NCBI GenBank assembly: GCA_050084985.1
Contig: JBITNC010000002.1
Location: 6,138,001 to 6,202,000, forward strand
Direction: 5' to 3'
DNA length: 64,000 nt
Source: Nageia nagi
Taxonomy: Eukaryota > Plantae > Pinophyta
Part shown: one piece after another, positions 37,718-50,754 of the stretch
Position numbering within the stretch: the first letter of the stretch is position 1
How the letters are laid out: each line of letters begins with the position of its first letter
Notes under the pieces: model-generated
Told to the model about the DNA's origin: nothing
Database searches by the model: none
Seen by the model: the letters and a program-made list of their open reading frames with translations, nothing else
Position numbers and translations under genes: made by a program

Positions 37718-38699
37718 TAATCAATCTAGTTTAATATCCAATGATATTATATTTTATCGATATTCTTAATCATTACTATTTAGAATGATAAATATTTATA
37801 AAGTTTCAACCATTCATGAGATTTAGAATTCAATCTTGATATATTATAATTACAATAATATTTTATCATTTAGTTTAATTTGTAAGCTAAATACATTGTA
37901 GGATCATATGTCAATGATGTTTAAGCCTATCCACTAAAATTAACTATCCTCATACTACTATTGATTAAGCTCATCATATTTTGTAAATTTAGTATTAAAA
38001 TTGTTACCCTATAAGGTATCTATTTCATTTTATTTTATTCTTATGAGGAATATCTTGAAAAATGCAATCATTCATTCCATACTACTCCAAACATTCATGA
38101 ACTTAATGGAAATAATATAACCCTATTACAAGTTGGAAAGGTAACAACACATCTTATAAGTTATTCAATGTCAATTCAATTTTACCACATTATCTCAACT
38201 TAAATTTATTTATAGATAACTCAAAGGAAACATCTCATATATTATGTAAACCATAAGAGACAAAAGCATTCACCATATAACATTATGATTTGAGCTATGC
38301 TTGGGAAAAACCCTAAGGCATTACAAGTAGTTTTCACTACCCTACTTCAAAGGAAACCCTTAATAATATCCTTTAATTATTATAATTAATATTATTACAT
38401 CCATATCCTTGTAAACATATATCACCATACATTTACAAAACTTATAGGTATACATCAATTTACATGTAGCACTATAAAAAAAACTCTAAATTTTCACAAC
38501 TAAATAATAGGAACTTATTTAGTAAATACAAAAGCTATAATAAGGCATATCCTATACCATAAATTCAGTTTCCATATATTCTTATAGGATTCTTCCACAA
38601 CATTACTTCACTAAACCATGATGTTCCACACACCCATGAAGTCCTTAAACCAAGTGTTTCAAAAATACACATATATCATAACACCTATTATACTTAACA

Positions 38700-39400
38700 A
38701 TAATAAGGTGTTCACATTATCAACATTATATAACTAAGTACTAGGAGAAAGCATCATTGCATAAGTAACAAGATGATCTATACATCACAACACTAAATGA
38801 CAAAATATCCACAACACCTCAATTCAAAAGATAAGGTGATATCAATATCAAAATAATGAATAATAATGTACTTACCACACTTTGTTTACAAATAATAAGG
38901 TGTTAACAAAACTAAAACATCAAGTGACAAAGTAATTCACAATACCTCAATATCAAATAATATATTATTCATAATACTATAAACATATCAATGCATTAAT
39001 AACCAAACTCACATGTATCTAAATACATCCTCACCTATAACACATGATTAAGTTGTCACCTCACCTACTATAATAAGCCAGGTGTTCTCAACAATCATCA
39101 AAAGATAAAATATTTTCCCAACATATAAGATAAGGTATTTTCTAATAGTACACATTATCAAATTTAATATAAACATAATACCACAATATCAAAGGATAAG
39201 GTATTTCCACAACACCTCCACATCAAATGAAAGTTTGTTTCCACAATACCATAATCATCAAAAGAACAAATATCTCATATCATTATCATCAATGACAAAG
39301 TATCTCATATCATTATCATGCACTTAATATACTTAACAATATTAAAGCATCTCTAATATTCTATGACTATCAAGTGATGAAATTTTTTCAATATCTAAAA
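38700..39400. repeat. Degenerate ~30-bp minisatellite
   Basis: Recurrent CAAA(T/G)GA(T/C)AAGGTATTT(C)CACAA(C/T)ACC-like units (e.g. 38795, 38920, 39100, 39190, 39225, 39290). Confidence 0.55.
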
Positions 39401-39812
39401 TAATAAATATATATCAATACCAAAACATAGTACCAATAATATGGTACCCACTCAATTATCGATCAACTGTTCTATTATTAATCACCAAGTATAGCAATCA
39501 TACTATAATATACTTTAGTTTCTATTAAAGAAATTACATACCATAAATATATCTTTATGGTTAAGGATTATCTAACATCCATAATGCTCTAAGAAATACT
39601 CCACCTTATTTTACATAATAAGTGATCTTACCATGTCTATGGTATTTTGATATCATATCAATATGTTAATATGCAAGAAAAAAATGAATATACCTAAAAT
39701 ACATTCAAATATGTTAGGGATATTTTACCATTTATCCAATTGAATTTCAAACCAATCCCTTCTTCCTAAATTATGGGATACTTTCTTATAATATATCAAC
39801 TAATGTATTATT

Positions 39813-40426
39813 TGTTAGAAAATTATATACTACAGAGCAATGGAACACATAAATATTGCAGAAAATATAAACACAGAAAATGCATAAACAAGAGAGACAC
39901 AGATATATGTGGTTCACCCAGTTTGGGCTACGTCCACACCAAACAGCCAGTCCTTCCTTTCTATTATCCAGCAAAGTGAAGAGATACAACCTACAACAGA
40001 TCCGTTGTAATATCCTCTATTTTCTCTCACAGTCTCACGTCTCTATTTCTCGCTCACTATATCACGTCTATTATAATGCCCTCATATAAAGAGAGGGGTT
40101 GCCTTCTAGGGCAAAAACCCTAAACTAAACATAAGTTCTACCGTCAAATCATTCGCCTAATGAACGGTCCAGATTGACTAGAAATTACTATACTTTTACA
40201 AGACAATTTTACATCTATTTTTAGCTTCGGGGGCGCTACCCCTGAACCTCCACCGGGGGACCGCTGGCCCCCAGACCCCCCAACCGGGGGGGACATTCCC
40301 CCCGAACCCCCGTAGGGGGGACAAGTCCCCCCTGCAACCCCCCCGCGTGGAGGGGTGTACAAACTTCCTGGGGTATACATCCGGCTGAAATAAAGAATTC
40401 TAAATAATCATGCTCCACACACAACA
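39813..40426 (-). mobile_element. Young solo LTR (614 bp, Copia-like)
   Basis: TGTT...AACA termini, exact 5-bp TSD TTATT (39808-39812 and 40427-40431), CpG retained, U5-like GTGGACGTAGCC...GTGAACCAC on the minus strand. Confidence 0.93.
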
Positions 40427-40729
40427 TTATTACTCAAAATAATAGGAATAATCCTTCCATTTAATAATAAACCAAAGATTAATTAGTAATACCTCAAAAG
40501 TAACCAATTGAATAAATTAATACCTAATTCATCTATTGAATTCAATCATTAATATGAAAATATTAGCATAATATTTTGAGAAGTAAATGTACAGGATTAC
40601 CTGTAATTTAACCTCCAACATCTCAAACTATAATTGCATTCAATTTTCTATATGATGTCTCTTTTACTCACTTCTAGAAGGGAATACCATCACCTCTACA
40701 ACTCCTATGATCACTTCAATATATGAGCT

Positions 40730-41560
40730 CCATGTTTCTAACATAAATGTTAGAGATAGATTAGGTTGTAGCATGGCACTCAAAACATTCTCAAATGTTC
40801 TTCTAAACTCTAATGGTGGTTCCTAGAATGTCTTTGAGTATGCTACCTAACTTATTACTATGCATCACTTATCTTTCATAGATATCTAGATGAGTTTCTA
40901 GGTGAAATCACTTGATCTACATATTCCATGAGTTTGCATTATGTGTTTTGGGTAACATTGTTTCAACTTATTTGACTTGTCCACATTCGAAATTTAGTAT
41001 AGAACAAGAAATAGTGGTTTTATTATGTCAAATAATATTCCCCTAATGCTTTTAACATGTTCATTTTGTACATAACCTATATTCAGTGGGTTCATGAGAT
41101 TATGGTGGTAACATACACCTTGTCAATCAATTTGTAGGTTATTCCTATTTATCCATTTGGTACATAACCTATGGTTAGTGTAGTCCATGATATCATGTCT
41201 TTGTACTACATTTTCTTAGAAGGGTTCATCCTGTTCAACATATCTATTATGTGTATATCCTCAACAACATTCTATGTAAAACCATTTTCGACTCTCCTTT
41301 GATGAGTATCCATACATCCTTGAGTTCCCATGGTGGCACCTATTGGATTGAATATGAAATGGTTGCTAAATTTTTTCTTTACTCTTGAGATCTTATTCCT
41401 ATTAAGTCTTGAGATCCTCTTCTTCAAAAATGCTTTTGTGCTCACTCCCTTTATCATATTCCATAAAATCATGGTGGTATCATCTTCCTTGTAATAAAAT
41501 TCCCTAGTCATTTCAACATATTCATTCCTTAACATATTTGTCATCCAATTTTACTCTTTA
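40730..41560 (-). pseudogene. Collapsed PLS-class PPR-DYW pseudogene
   Basis: Minus strand: P/L-like ILWNMIKG...GCMDTHQRRVENGF; two 31-aa S-type motifs (ISWTTLTIGYVPNG / IS*T..NIGYVQNE); then DYW core HSNKL...GTTIRV*KNI*ECFECH...ISNIYVR (consensus HSEKL...GTTIRVxKNLRxCxDCH...ISKI..R). Confidence 0.8.
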
Positions 41561-42581
41561 CTTCAATCCATTGAGTGGAGTTCCATTTCTACATGGCTAT
41601 ACACACTCCACCAAAAGAGCTCTCCTTACCCTCCTAACTACACAACCACTCCCCTTAATTATAACACTTGGTTAACCTCCACTGACTATAATAATGGTGT
41701 GTCATGAGTAATATAACATCCAAATGGACGATAAGGATTACTTCTTCAACTTAGTGGTTATGGTTTCTCAACTACCCTCTCTTCTAATGTATGAATCCAC
41801 TAAATCCTCCTTATCCTCATTAAATCTCTTCAAAGAGTTTAGGTTAGGGTAGATGCTTTTGATTTTAGTAATAAGGTTTTAGGATTAATTTAGTTACCTA
41901 GGTATTTTAGGTACTAACATTAATCTACTAACCTAAAAAAAATTATTAATCTAGATAAACTCCATTTATCTAAATTAATTACTAACATTAATGTTTTCTC
42001 TATTTAAAATAATAACAATATTTGAAATAAATAATTAATTGATATCATGGAGCTCTATTGCTCACATGTCTATATAACTTAAAATACCCAAATGTGGATA
42101 TTATCAAATTATAAATCACTATCTAATTATTTATAATAAATATCAAAATTGAATTATATTTAAATTTGTTTTTAAATATCTAGTACCTAATTTAAATAGA
42201 TTATAATCTTTAGGTATATTTAAATCAACATTTAAATATCATTAATCAACCATTAATAATTACTTTATCTCATGAAAATCTTACATCTCATATTAAAACA
42301 TTAGAATCTTAAAGTTTACACTTCACCTTACAACCTTCGAAGGTCTTTTCCTATTCAACCATCAATCAAAGAATCAAGAGGACTCTAAAAATTAGTCCAT
42401 GACACTACATATGAAGAATATATAGAGCTAAGAAGATCAAATTTTGATAATTTAAATCTTAACTATATCTTTGCAATAAAAATTAACTGAGTAGTTGAAG
42501 TAGTATTCTGTAGTAGTTGTTGGCCAAAGAGATACATGAAAACTTTTGTTCTCAAAATTTGAATGTTAAAACCATGAAACA

Positions 42582-43105
42582 TTATTTTATTTCATTATCC
42601 CCCTTAGAGTAAATGACTTGAATTCTAATTTGATTTTGAATACTAAGGAATTGATATTTTGGAAGTGCTTTGGTGAAGATGTTTGCAAGATAATATTTAG
42701 ACTTACAAAATTTGAATTTAATGAATTCAATTTTCATTAAGTCTCTCATAAAATGATGGTGAATGTCAATATAATTTCTTTTATTATGAAACATTGGATT
42801 ATTTATCATGATAATGGCATTAGTGTTATCATAGTGAATTGTAATTGGCTGACCAATTTCCATTCCAAAGTCTTAAAACAATTTAGCCATCCAAATTGCT
42901 TATGTACAAGTAGAGGAGGTATCCCTATATTCTTCTTCAAAAGTGGAAAAATAAATTATATATTATTCCTACTACTACAAAAAATTAATGATTCACCAAA
43001 GAAGGTTTATTGAGATATTATTTTTCTATCATTAAGGCTTTCGGCCCAATCAACATATGTGTATACTTCAAGATTGTTAGAATTACTAGCTTTATACACC
43101 ATATC
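42582..43105 (-). mobile_element. Ty1/Copia RNase H remnant with PPT
   Basis: IHYDNTNAI...NPMFHNKRNYIDIHHHFMRD...LANIFTKAL; AAGGGGGATAA purine tract then TG at ~42594; truncated by the LTR at 43106. Confidence 0.85.
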
Positions 43106-45865
43106 TGTAGATGCCTACAAATGATTTATTATTTATTTAATAAATGGTATTTAGACTTTCTAAATGTCTTATTTCAATATTACAAATATCAAGATAAAGT
43201 TGATATTACAATGTGCTAGGGCCAATGCAATGTCATATGCTATGGTTCGTGTTTCAAATATCTTGAATACAACAAAGTTTTATATTATTGCTAGAGGTCA
43301 ACCTTCACTCCTCTCTATGTATTTGCAGGATATATATACAAGTGGAATAGGTTGAGCTCCATAGATCAAAACTCTTTGATATGATAAGATCTCTGATAGG
43401 TGGTTTTCTACTGCAATCTTCATCAAGCAATGATATCTTTTAATGCCACTTATTATGAGAAATTGTTATACTTTGAGCTCTAAAACTTTATATCTTTTGC
43501 ATAGTCCATAATTATTCATATTCAATGCTATTAACATCATGCATCTTGAGGATCAATGGTTTCAAATTTTGGTGGTAGAAGCTATTGATTCATGCATACA
43601 AAGATCCATTACGAGCTCACCTCCAATTCGATCCCAATCCTCTAAATATCAATTGATATTTGCTTTTGAGAGTTGTACATACACTCCATATCAGGTGCAT
43701 GATTTTCATATATATATATTTTATATTCAATATAGTGTACATATATAGCTCTTATTATATTATATATAATTTATTTATTATGTATATTCATATTTTACAC
43801 AATTTAGGGTCTACATTTTGGTGAACCTGATATTCTTATACACCTAGATTCCATTCTAGGGAATCCCTTCTTAGGAGTTATGAATCCATTATTGTTATTA
43901 TATATTCCCTTACCTAAGTTTCTTAGAGTAATGGCTCAAGAAAATGATAAAACTAGGGTTTGTTCTACCTATATTCCAAAGATGAATTTGAATGAAGAAT
44001 AATCTAGGGCTTTTAGAAGTAAGATCCATTTTGATGAGATCATGATAAGTGTTAGGGTTAACCCTGATTTACCTATACAAGTGCAAGAGCCTGATCCCAA
44101 GGATGTTATGGATATTGATGAGGATAATGATACTAACTCTATCAATTCTAGCAAAAGATTGGATATTATTGAACAAACCCCAAATGAGGTTCATATGTAT
44201 TTTACTAATTATGATTTTGATAATGTAAGTTTGGAGAGTCATGGTGATACTTTTGATAGTGATGTTGAAATTGAAGGATTAGACAAAATTATTAGACATG
44301 TTAGATCAATAAATAAATTAATATCTAATAAGGAAAAATTAAAGTATTATCTTACTGACAATGCTAATTAGGTTATATATATCCTAACATATTATGAGTT
44401 ATTAGAAGCAGATCCTACAACTTTGCAATCTTTGTAGTGTCTGTAAAATGGAGGGTTTTTATCATCAAGAAAAACATCGTTAATGACATGTATTGTACGC
44501 ATGCTATTAAAAATGTGGAACCAAAGGAAACTAAACCTCTGAAAAAGATGATCACCGAGGATGCCAATGAGGGGAGCGAAGCAAAGTTTGAACCTCTAGT
44601 AACCTAGATTAAAGATCATAATCCTTGTATGATTCTTGAGGGTTCTAATAGGGAAAAAGGTAAGAGTATTTTATGTGATGATGAAATTGCAAAAAATATT
44701 ACTAAATAAAGTTTTTTTGTAATTAATAATGCTTATGTACATACCCCTAGTTGGTCAAAAGAAGAGCATGATATACAGGTTGTTGCTATTTTTGAAGCTT
44801 AAGAAATTGATTACTTTCAAAAGGCTAATGAAGATCAACAATTATAGTTTATGTTGGAATTTATTGATAACCTTGAACATGAAATAATACATAGGATTGG
44901 ACCATTTGTGTTACTAAAAGAGAATGAACTTATAAGGGAAAAAGAAAATAAACCAACCTTCCAAAATAGCAATGCACCACCACACACCCTATCACCAGAC
45001 CTAAAGACCAATATACATGTAGGGAATAAGTCTATAATGCAAAACCAATAATCAAAACAACCTCCTATAGTACCAAATAATGGAAAGCCAATTCAAGAAA
45101 GGATTGAAAATTTAGAAAAAGAAATGCATGAGGATGATGAAGATGATTTCTTATGTTTCTTAAAGCATCCATTGACTTATAGAATTATTTCTAAGTTGTT
45201 TGTTTGTAAAAAGAGTATGAAATTTATGAAATTTGATGGTTTACAAGATCCGAAAATGCATGTTAGAAAATTTCAAGAGGAACATATTGAATATGTTCAT
45301 AATAGAGATATGCTTGCAAAATTATTTTCAAGTAGCTTGAAAGATGATGCATTGAAATGGTACTTTAGTCTTCTTGAAAAAGAGTATTGATAAGTATGAA
45401 GATTTGATACATAAATTTTTGAAAAAATTTAGATATAACATAGAAAAAGTTCAATTCAAGGATTTTGTAAAATTAAGCAATTGCCTAATCAATCTATGTC
45501 GAATTTTGTGAAAGTATGGAAACAAATTGCAAATAAAATCTTTATGCTAAAGCAAGATTTAAAGAATACTTTTTCAAATGTTCTATTGCCTATGTATAAA
45601 ATATAGGTTGTAAATAATAATGGATTGATATTAGCTGACATGATAGATATTTTGCTTAAAAAGGAAGATTCTATCAAGCAAACTTATAAGAAACATTATC
45701 AAACATCTCAAATGTATGAAAAGAAAGCAAAACCTCAAATGTATGAAAAGAAGGAAAAATAAGAAGTTGCTACAACTAAGGTTGATAGAAAAAAGACTAG
45801 ACCACAAGGGAAGTTTACTAAGCTAATTGATACTATTGATAATATTCTTAATGTGCTAATAGATT
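43106..45865 (+). mobile_element. 5' part of a Tat-type Gypsy element (LTR 43106-43815, PBS ~43819, leader ORF, gag), truncated
   Basis: TGTAG...CTACA termini (710 bp), TGGTGAACC PBS-like sequence 3 nt later, gag KFDGLQDPKMHVRKFQEE...MLAKLFSSSLKDDALKWYFSL at 45124-45390. Confidence 0.8.
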
Positions 45866-46624
45866 TTTAGCATGAGGATCATGATTTTTTTATCCTACTT
45901 TTTGTTTCAAAACATCTCTAGTATTATATGAAATTGTAGTATTATGATTCCAAAAAATTTCAATTAAAGATTTATTTTCATGATTCACTTTCATGTCAGA
46001 ACATGGGAGTCTTCCACTAAAACTCACACATTGGTTGACTAGATTTGTTTCAATATTTTTTCTTCTCTTTGTAGGTCTTTGTAAAGTTTTACAATTAATG
46101 TTTAAAAATCCACTAACCTTACCTATGATTTTTTTACTTGAATTTATTTGACTAACTAAAGTTGTTATAACTCGACATGTTGCATTCTTATCTTTAGATT
46201 GAATCTTCTTTCCTATATATTCAATGGTACTAGCAATAGTGAATATAACTTGTTTAAGGGTTCATATTTCTTTACACAAATACCTAAATTTTTCACTACC
46301 TTTCTCATTTTTACAATTTTCATTAATTGCAATAGGAGTTGATATTGAAAACCTAATATTTTCTTAGAGAAAAATTGATCATATACCATATTTGCATATC
46401 TTCTTATTTATCTCTAAGATTTCTTACCAAGGATATTATCTAATCTATTACTTTCAATTTGAAAAACATATTGTGAAAAGAATTATTAAAACTAGGATTT
46501 CCAATATCATTTACTCTTTCATTTTCTTCATGATTAGAATAAATAAAATCTACATTATCAAAAGAAGGGTTGAAAGGTATATCTAAATTTGATTAAATAT
46601 TCATATTTTGCATGTCATTAAAAG

Positions 46625-46815
46625 AAGGAGCTGAAGCCATACCTAGATTTGTATCCATAATTATCAAAATTGAAGCTTCATTCACTGGTGGATTTGAAAA
46701 TGTGGTTGGATTTGAAGCTTTATTCAATGTTGGATTTGAAGAGGTACTTCCAAAATTTTAAGCTTCATTCAATATTGGATTTGAAGAGGTACTTCCAAGA
46801 TTTGAAGCTTCTATC
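46625..46815. repeat. Short tandem repeats (GGATTTGAAG units) encoding SSNP-like peptide repeats on the minus strand
   Basis: TTGGATTTGAAGAGGTACTTCC twice, plus several GGATTTGAA(G/A) copies. Confidence 0.75.
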
Positions 46816-47314
46816 ATATTTGCATATTCCATAGTTGCATCATGCATATTCATCTCTTCAATTATGTTCTCCTCATTGTTATCCTCCTCAATTGGAATTG
46901 AACTTGATGTTTTAATCTTTGCATATATATCCCTTTTTCTTTTTGCCTTCTTCTCTTTATTCACTTGAATTTATTCAAGTGTCAAAGTCCTCCTTGCTCT
47001 TTTTGTCTAAAGATGTTTTGAACCCATGTGATTGCTCAAGGATTTCTTCTGAAAGAGATAATTTGTTTCTTCTAAAAACACTTTCTTTCACCATCAAATA
47101 TTCATATTTCACCTTCAAAAATGTTGGAATAGTTACCACCTTTGATAAGAGATTAAAAAAGGGATTCCAAAGACCTTCTCCTCAAGAATTTTGCATTAGA
47201 AAATGCAAGAATGTCACTTTCAAAGCTATTGATGATGTAGAGTATAGACAGAATGATGTAGAGTTCAAACATAGTATTGTCCAAAGTACTATTATTAGCA
47301 ATCAATACAAAATA

Positions 47315-47433
47315 AACAAAATTTCATTTGTAATGAAATTTCGTTCGTAACAAAATTTTGTTATAAAATAAAATTTTGTTGCAAATGAAATTTCATTTCA
47401 TAACAAAATTTTGTTTCATAATGAAATTTCATT
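47315..47433. repeat. Array of seven palindromic 14-mers (consensus AACGAAATTTCGTT), 17-18-bp period
   Basis: Copies such as AACAAAATTTCATT, AATGAAATTTCGTT and AACAAAATTTTGTT differ only at the CpG positions. Confidence 0.85.
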
Positions 47434-49239
47434 ATTTGAATTTAGGTTCAGCCTTAGGCTTGGAAAAGGCTTGGTGGGCCAAGTGTTAACCTTGGACCTG
47501 CAACTTCTTAGTCATGGTAATGGCAAGGAAAAATACAGACTTCTAACAGATGTTTGATCTAGTTTTTTGAGGAGTTTTTTCACAAAATTAAAACCCATTT
47601 TTTCAAATCAAATATTCTAGATTATAAATATGTAAGTTTTTGACAATTTGATTATATTTCCTATTTATAAAGTAATTTTTAATGAAATTGGTCCTTAAAA
47701 TTGAAAAATTAGGTTCTATTAATTTTTTAATAACTTTTTTTTTGGGAATTAAGAAAAAATATATATTCAACAATCTATAGATAATTCTCTATTAAATTTT
47801 AAAAAATTGAAAAAATAATAAGTTTAGGTCAAATTATGTGTCGTAGATTGGTACTTTTTGAAATAATAATTAAGACCAGTAAAAAATTAATAATAAAAAT
47901 ATTCATGAAAAAATTTGAAAAAATATCATGCATAATATTCAATGTATTAGGTATCTTTTCCTAAAAGGATTTAAAAAAATATTATATTTTAGGTCAAAAT
48001 ATGCTTATCGTAGAAGAGCAAGGTATACTCATAAAATGGTACATTTTAAACAATATATTTTAGAAGTGACTATGATAAATAAATTTCTATAAAATGGGTA
48101 TTGGAATAAATTGTATATTTGAAAACTACACTCCAAGCACTACATTTTTATCGTAGTGATGTTTTTCAAGATTCTATCTCTAGGGGTATTAAAAGTTGAG
48201 ATCAATTATGATGAAACCTAAAAATGAAGGAAAACACATCCACTTTTTGGCCATTTTGTGGATCCATATTTTTGCACTTACCCAATCCATAGTATATCAT
48301 TAGATTTTATTGAAATATTATCTATAAAGTAATTTACTTCTTCTAGATACCCAACACAACCAAGAAGGTAAACAATACATATAGAGTGTTTCATTGTGGT
48401 TGTAATACAATAATAATAATTCATAAATTTAAAGTATTAATAGCATACTCTTTCATGAGATATGCATGGCTACTTGTAGATGATACACTAACAAATATAA
48501 CATTGATGGCTTTGTTTCTACAACCATTCCTTACTATGGCTATGAATCTTGTTATGGTTTGAATAAATTCTTCTTTTTATTTTTCAACTAAATTATTCCT
48601 CCTTACTTAGGCTACAACTAATCAATTACATTTTTTTGAAAACACTTCATAGCCTCTAAACTTTCTCCAAACCATGATAATTTTGTGCATATATTATGAT
48701 TATTTCATTCCATAAGATTATCTCTTTATTGCATTTCCCTAAAAAGATTTTAATCTTCATAAATAAACCCATTTTGGGAATATTTTGTAATCATTGTAGT
48801 CCATAATGGTTATATCTCCCTTATTTTGTCAAATAACACCTTTTATATACACCCAAACTTAGCATACATGTCTATCATAACATTTGAAAACAACATTAGG
48901 GGTGTATTATATATATATATATAACAATTTTAAAGCACCAACTTAGAATATTTTATGATATGTTATAACTACCCGTAAATACCATAAGATAATAGTTAAT
49001 AATAATCCTAAAAGACCCTAATATGATTATTCAAATTGCAATAATTTAGGTGTTTTAGGGTATTTATTAACTATAATAATAGATCTTAAGAGGGAATAAT
49101 TCTCTTAGGGTATTTTATGATGGTTTAATACTAACCTCATAGGGATAATGAAGATAAATTTTTTGTGATATTTTTTATTCACTATTTTTTAATAGCTAGA
49201 CAATAAATAGTAATGATGGTGGCTTCTTTTTCTACTTAA

Positions 49240-50321
49240 GAAGGTTGGGGTGTACACCATGTAGATGTAAAATGTTCCCTCTTAAAGAGGTAATTGGATG
49301 GGAAGGTTTTTGTACAACAAACTTAAGATTTTGAGATCAAAGTGAAAGAAAATCATGTCTAAAAAATAAAGAAGGTTTTGTAGGGCCTTTAAAAAGCACC
49401 AAGGGTTTGGGATACCCATGTTAATAGATACTTTCAACAAAGTAGCTTCAAGAGAAGGAAATTTGAACCTACTCTATGCTTCAAGATACAAGGTGAGGAT
49501 AATATACTTGTATATTTATATGTTTATGACTTTATCTATATGGGTAGTAGTTTCAATATGAAAGATTATTTAAGGATACTATGATGAGTGAGTTTGAGAT
49601 GAAATATTTGGGTTTGATGCACTATTTAATTAGGATTGAGTTGCATCAAAATAAGGATAAAAATTTTATTTGCCAATATAAATATGCAAAGAATATGTCA
49701 AAAATGTATAGGATATATGGTTACAAACCAATCCCTACTTCTATTACATATGGTGAGTTTTTATGCAAACAAGATGGAGTTGAGAAAGTTAATGTTACCA
49801 ATTATAGGATGATTATTATGAGTTTGATGTTTCTTACAAATACTAGATCAAATATTGCACATGTTATCTCACTTGTTTCTATGTATATGAGTGAATAATA
49901 TCTCTTACATTCGAAGGTTGTAAAAAATATTTCAAGGAATTTAAAAAGCATTATTAACATTGACATTCATTATATTCCTACTAAAGAGATGAAGTTAGTT
50001 ATATTTAGTAACTCAGATTAGGGTAACAACTTATATGATCAAAAGTTCGTATCTAGTAATTATATTTATCTTATATATATGTTGATTACTTGGATATAAA
50101 AAAAGTAAAGATCAATGGTACCCTCTTCAATCAAGGTTGAGAATATTGCTCTTACTTCATCTAGTGCATAAGCCTTATAGCTCATAAAAGTGTTGGAAGA
50201 GATACGTGAAAATATATAATTCATACCACTATTTTTTTATGACAATTTTAGTGTCATACAATTAACAAGAAATCATATTCATCATAGCAAGTCTAAATAT
50301 TTGGACATGAAGTATCATTTA
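49240..50321 (+). mobile_element. Old Ty1/Copia RT-RNase H remnant
   Basis: HHVDVK..., MMSEFEMKYLGLMHY..., MSLMFLTNTRSNI..., HSKSKYLDMKYH, cut at 50321 by an LTR-like sequence. Confidence 0.85.
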
Positions 50322-50753
50322 TGTTGAAACCTAAAAGTGGTCCCCTTAATAAAATCCCACTTAAGTGCAACTTACATACATATTTTAATAACATTTAAAC
50401 ATATTTAATCATATTTTACCTTATTATCACATATTTCTTAGGTTGTGTTCTTATATTTTATGTTAGGTACATTGGGATGGATATTACCTTCACATAAGGG
50501 GTAAAATGTTGAATTATGCTTTATATAAATATAAGTATCTCTAATTTGGAGAAAGCATGTCAAGATTACATCTCGATAGCTAATACCATACTCTTGGGTT
50601 TTTCTAAATATTACCTATTGAGATTGGAATCTTGTTACCACTCAAGTGAATATCTATTACCCACATCCATGATCATATGTTCAGTTCAAATTATCATAAT
50701 CTCTACTATCACTAATCCTTGTTGGAGAACCTCATTATTTAGGATTGTTAGCA
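50322..50753. repeat. LTR-like segment
   Basis: Begins TGTTG exactly where the Copia RH breaks; contains a TATA-like TATATAAATA; ends near TTAGCA. No TSD found. Confidence 0.4.
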
Positions 50754-50754
50754 C

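Larger units (their letters stand above)
33820..37720 (-). mobile_element. Endogenous pararetrovirus (Caulimoviridae; petuvirus/florendovirus/gymnendovirus-like), 5'-truncated
   Basis: AP DALIDTG; RT LCSEDP...SPWACAAFYVNK...KKRLVINYKPLN...FSKFDLKSGFWQI...VYIDDILVFS; RH DASDKHWGAIL...ICRYASGSF...KEILA...ADFLTRE; no integrase; followed by TATA box and tRNA-Met PBS. Confidence 0.95.
45865..48283 (-). mobile_element. Probable DNA-transposon remnant (terminal region plus N-terminal part of a transposase-like ORF)
   Basis: Minus-strand coding remnant ~47200-45865 including a ~120-aa open stretch ...FSGRLPCSDMK...IEIFWNHNTTISYNTRDVLKQKVG*KNHDPHAK; A/T-tract subterminal region; putative terminus GGGTAAGTGC at 48283. 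Catalytic core not present. Confidence 0.4.

Noticed and set aside
33798-37730. Target-site duplication around the viral insert
   Set aside because: Best match AACCACACTA versus AATCAATCTA is only 7/10 in AT-rich DNA.
40144-40427. Gly/Pro-rich ORFs
   Set aside because: Artefacts of the G-rich repeat inside a solo LTR.
47315-47433. CRISPR array
   Set aside because: Units are separated by only 3-4 nt, there are no unique spacers or cas genes, and the context is eukaryotic.
50322-50753. 3' LTR partner of the young Copia
   Set aside because: Only short motif similarity (AAAAGTGGT...GTGCAACT) to 54739-54987; different length and termini, no PPT, no TSD.
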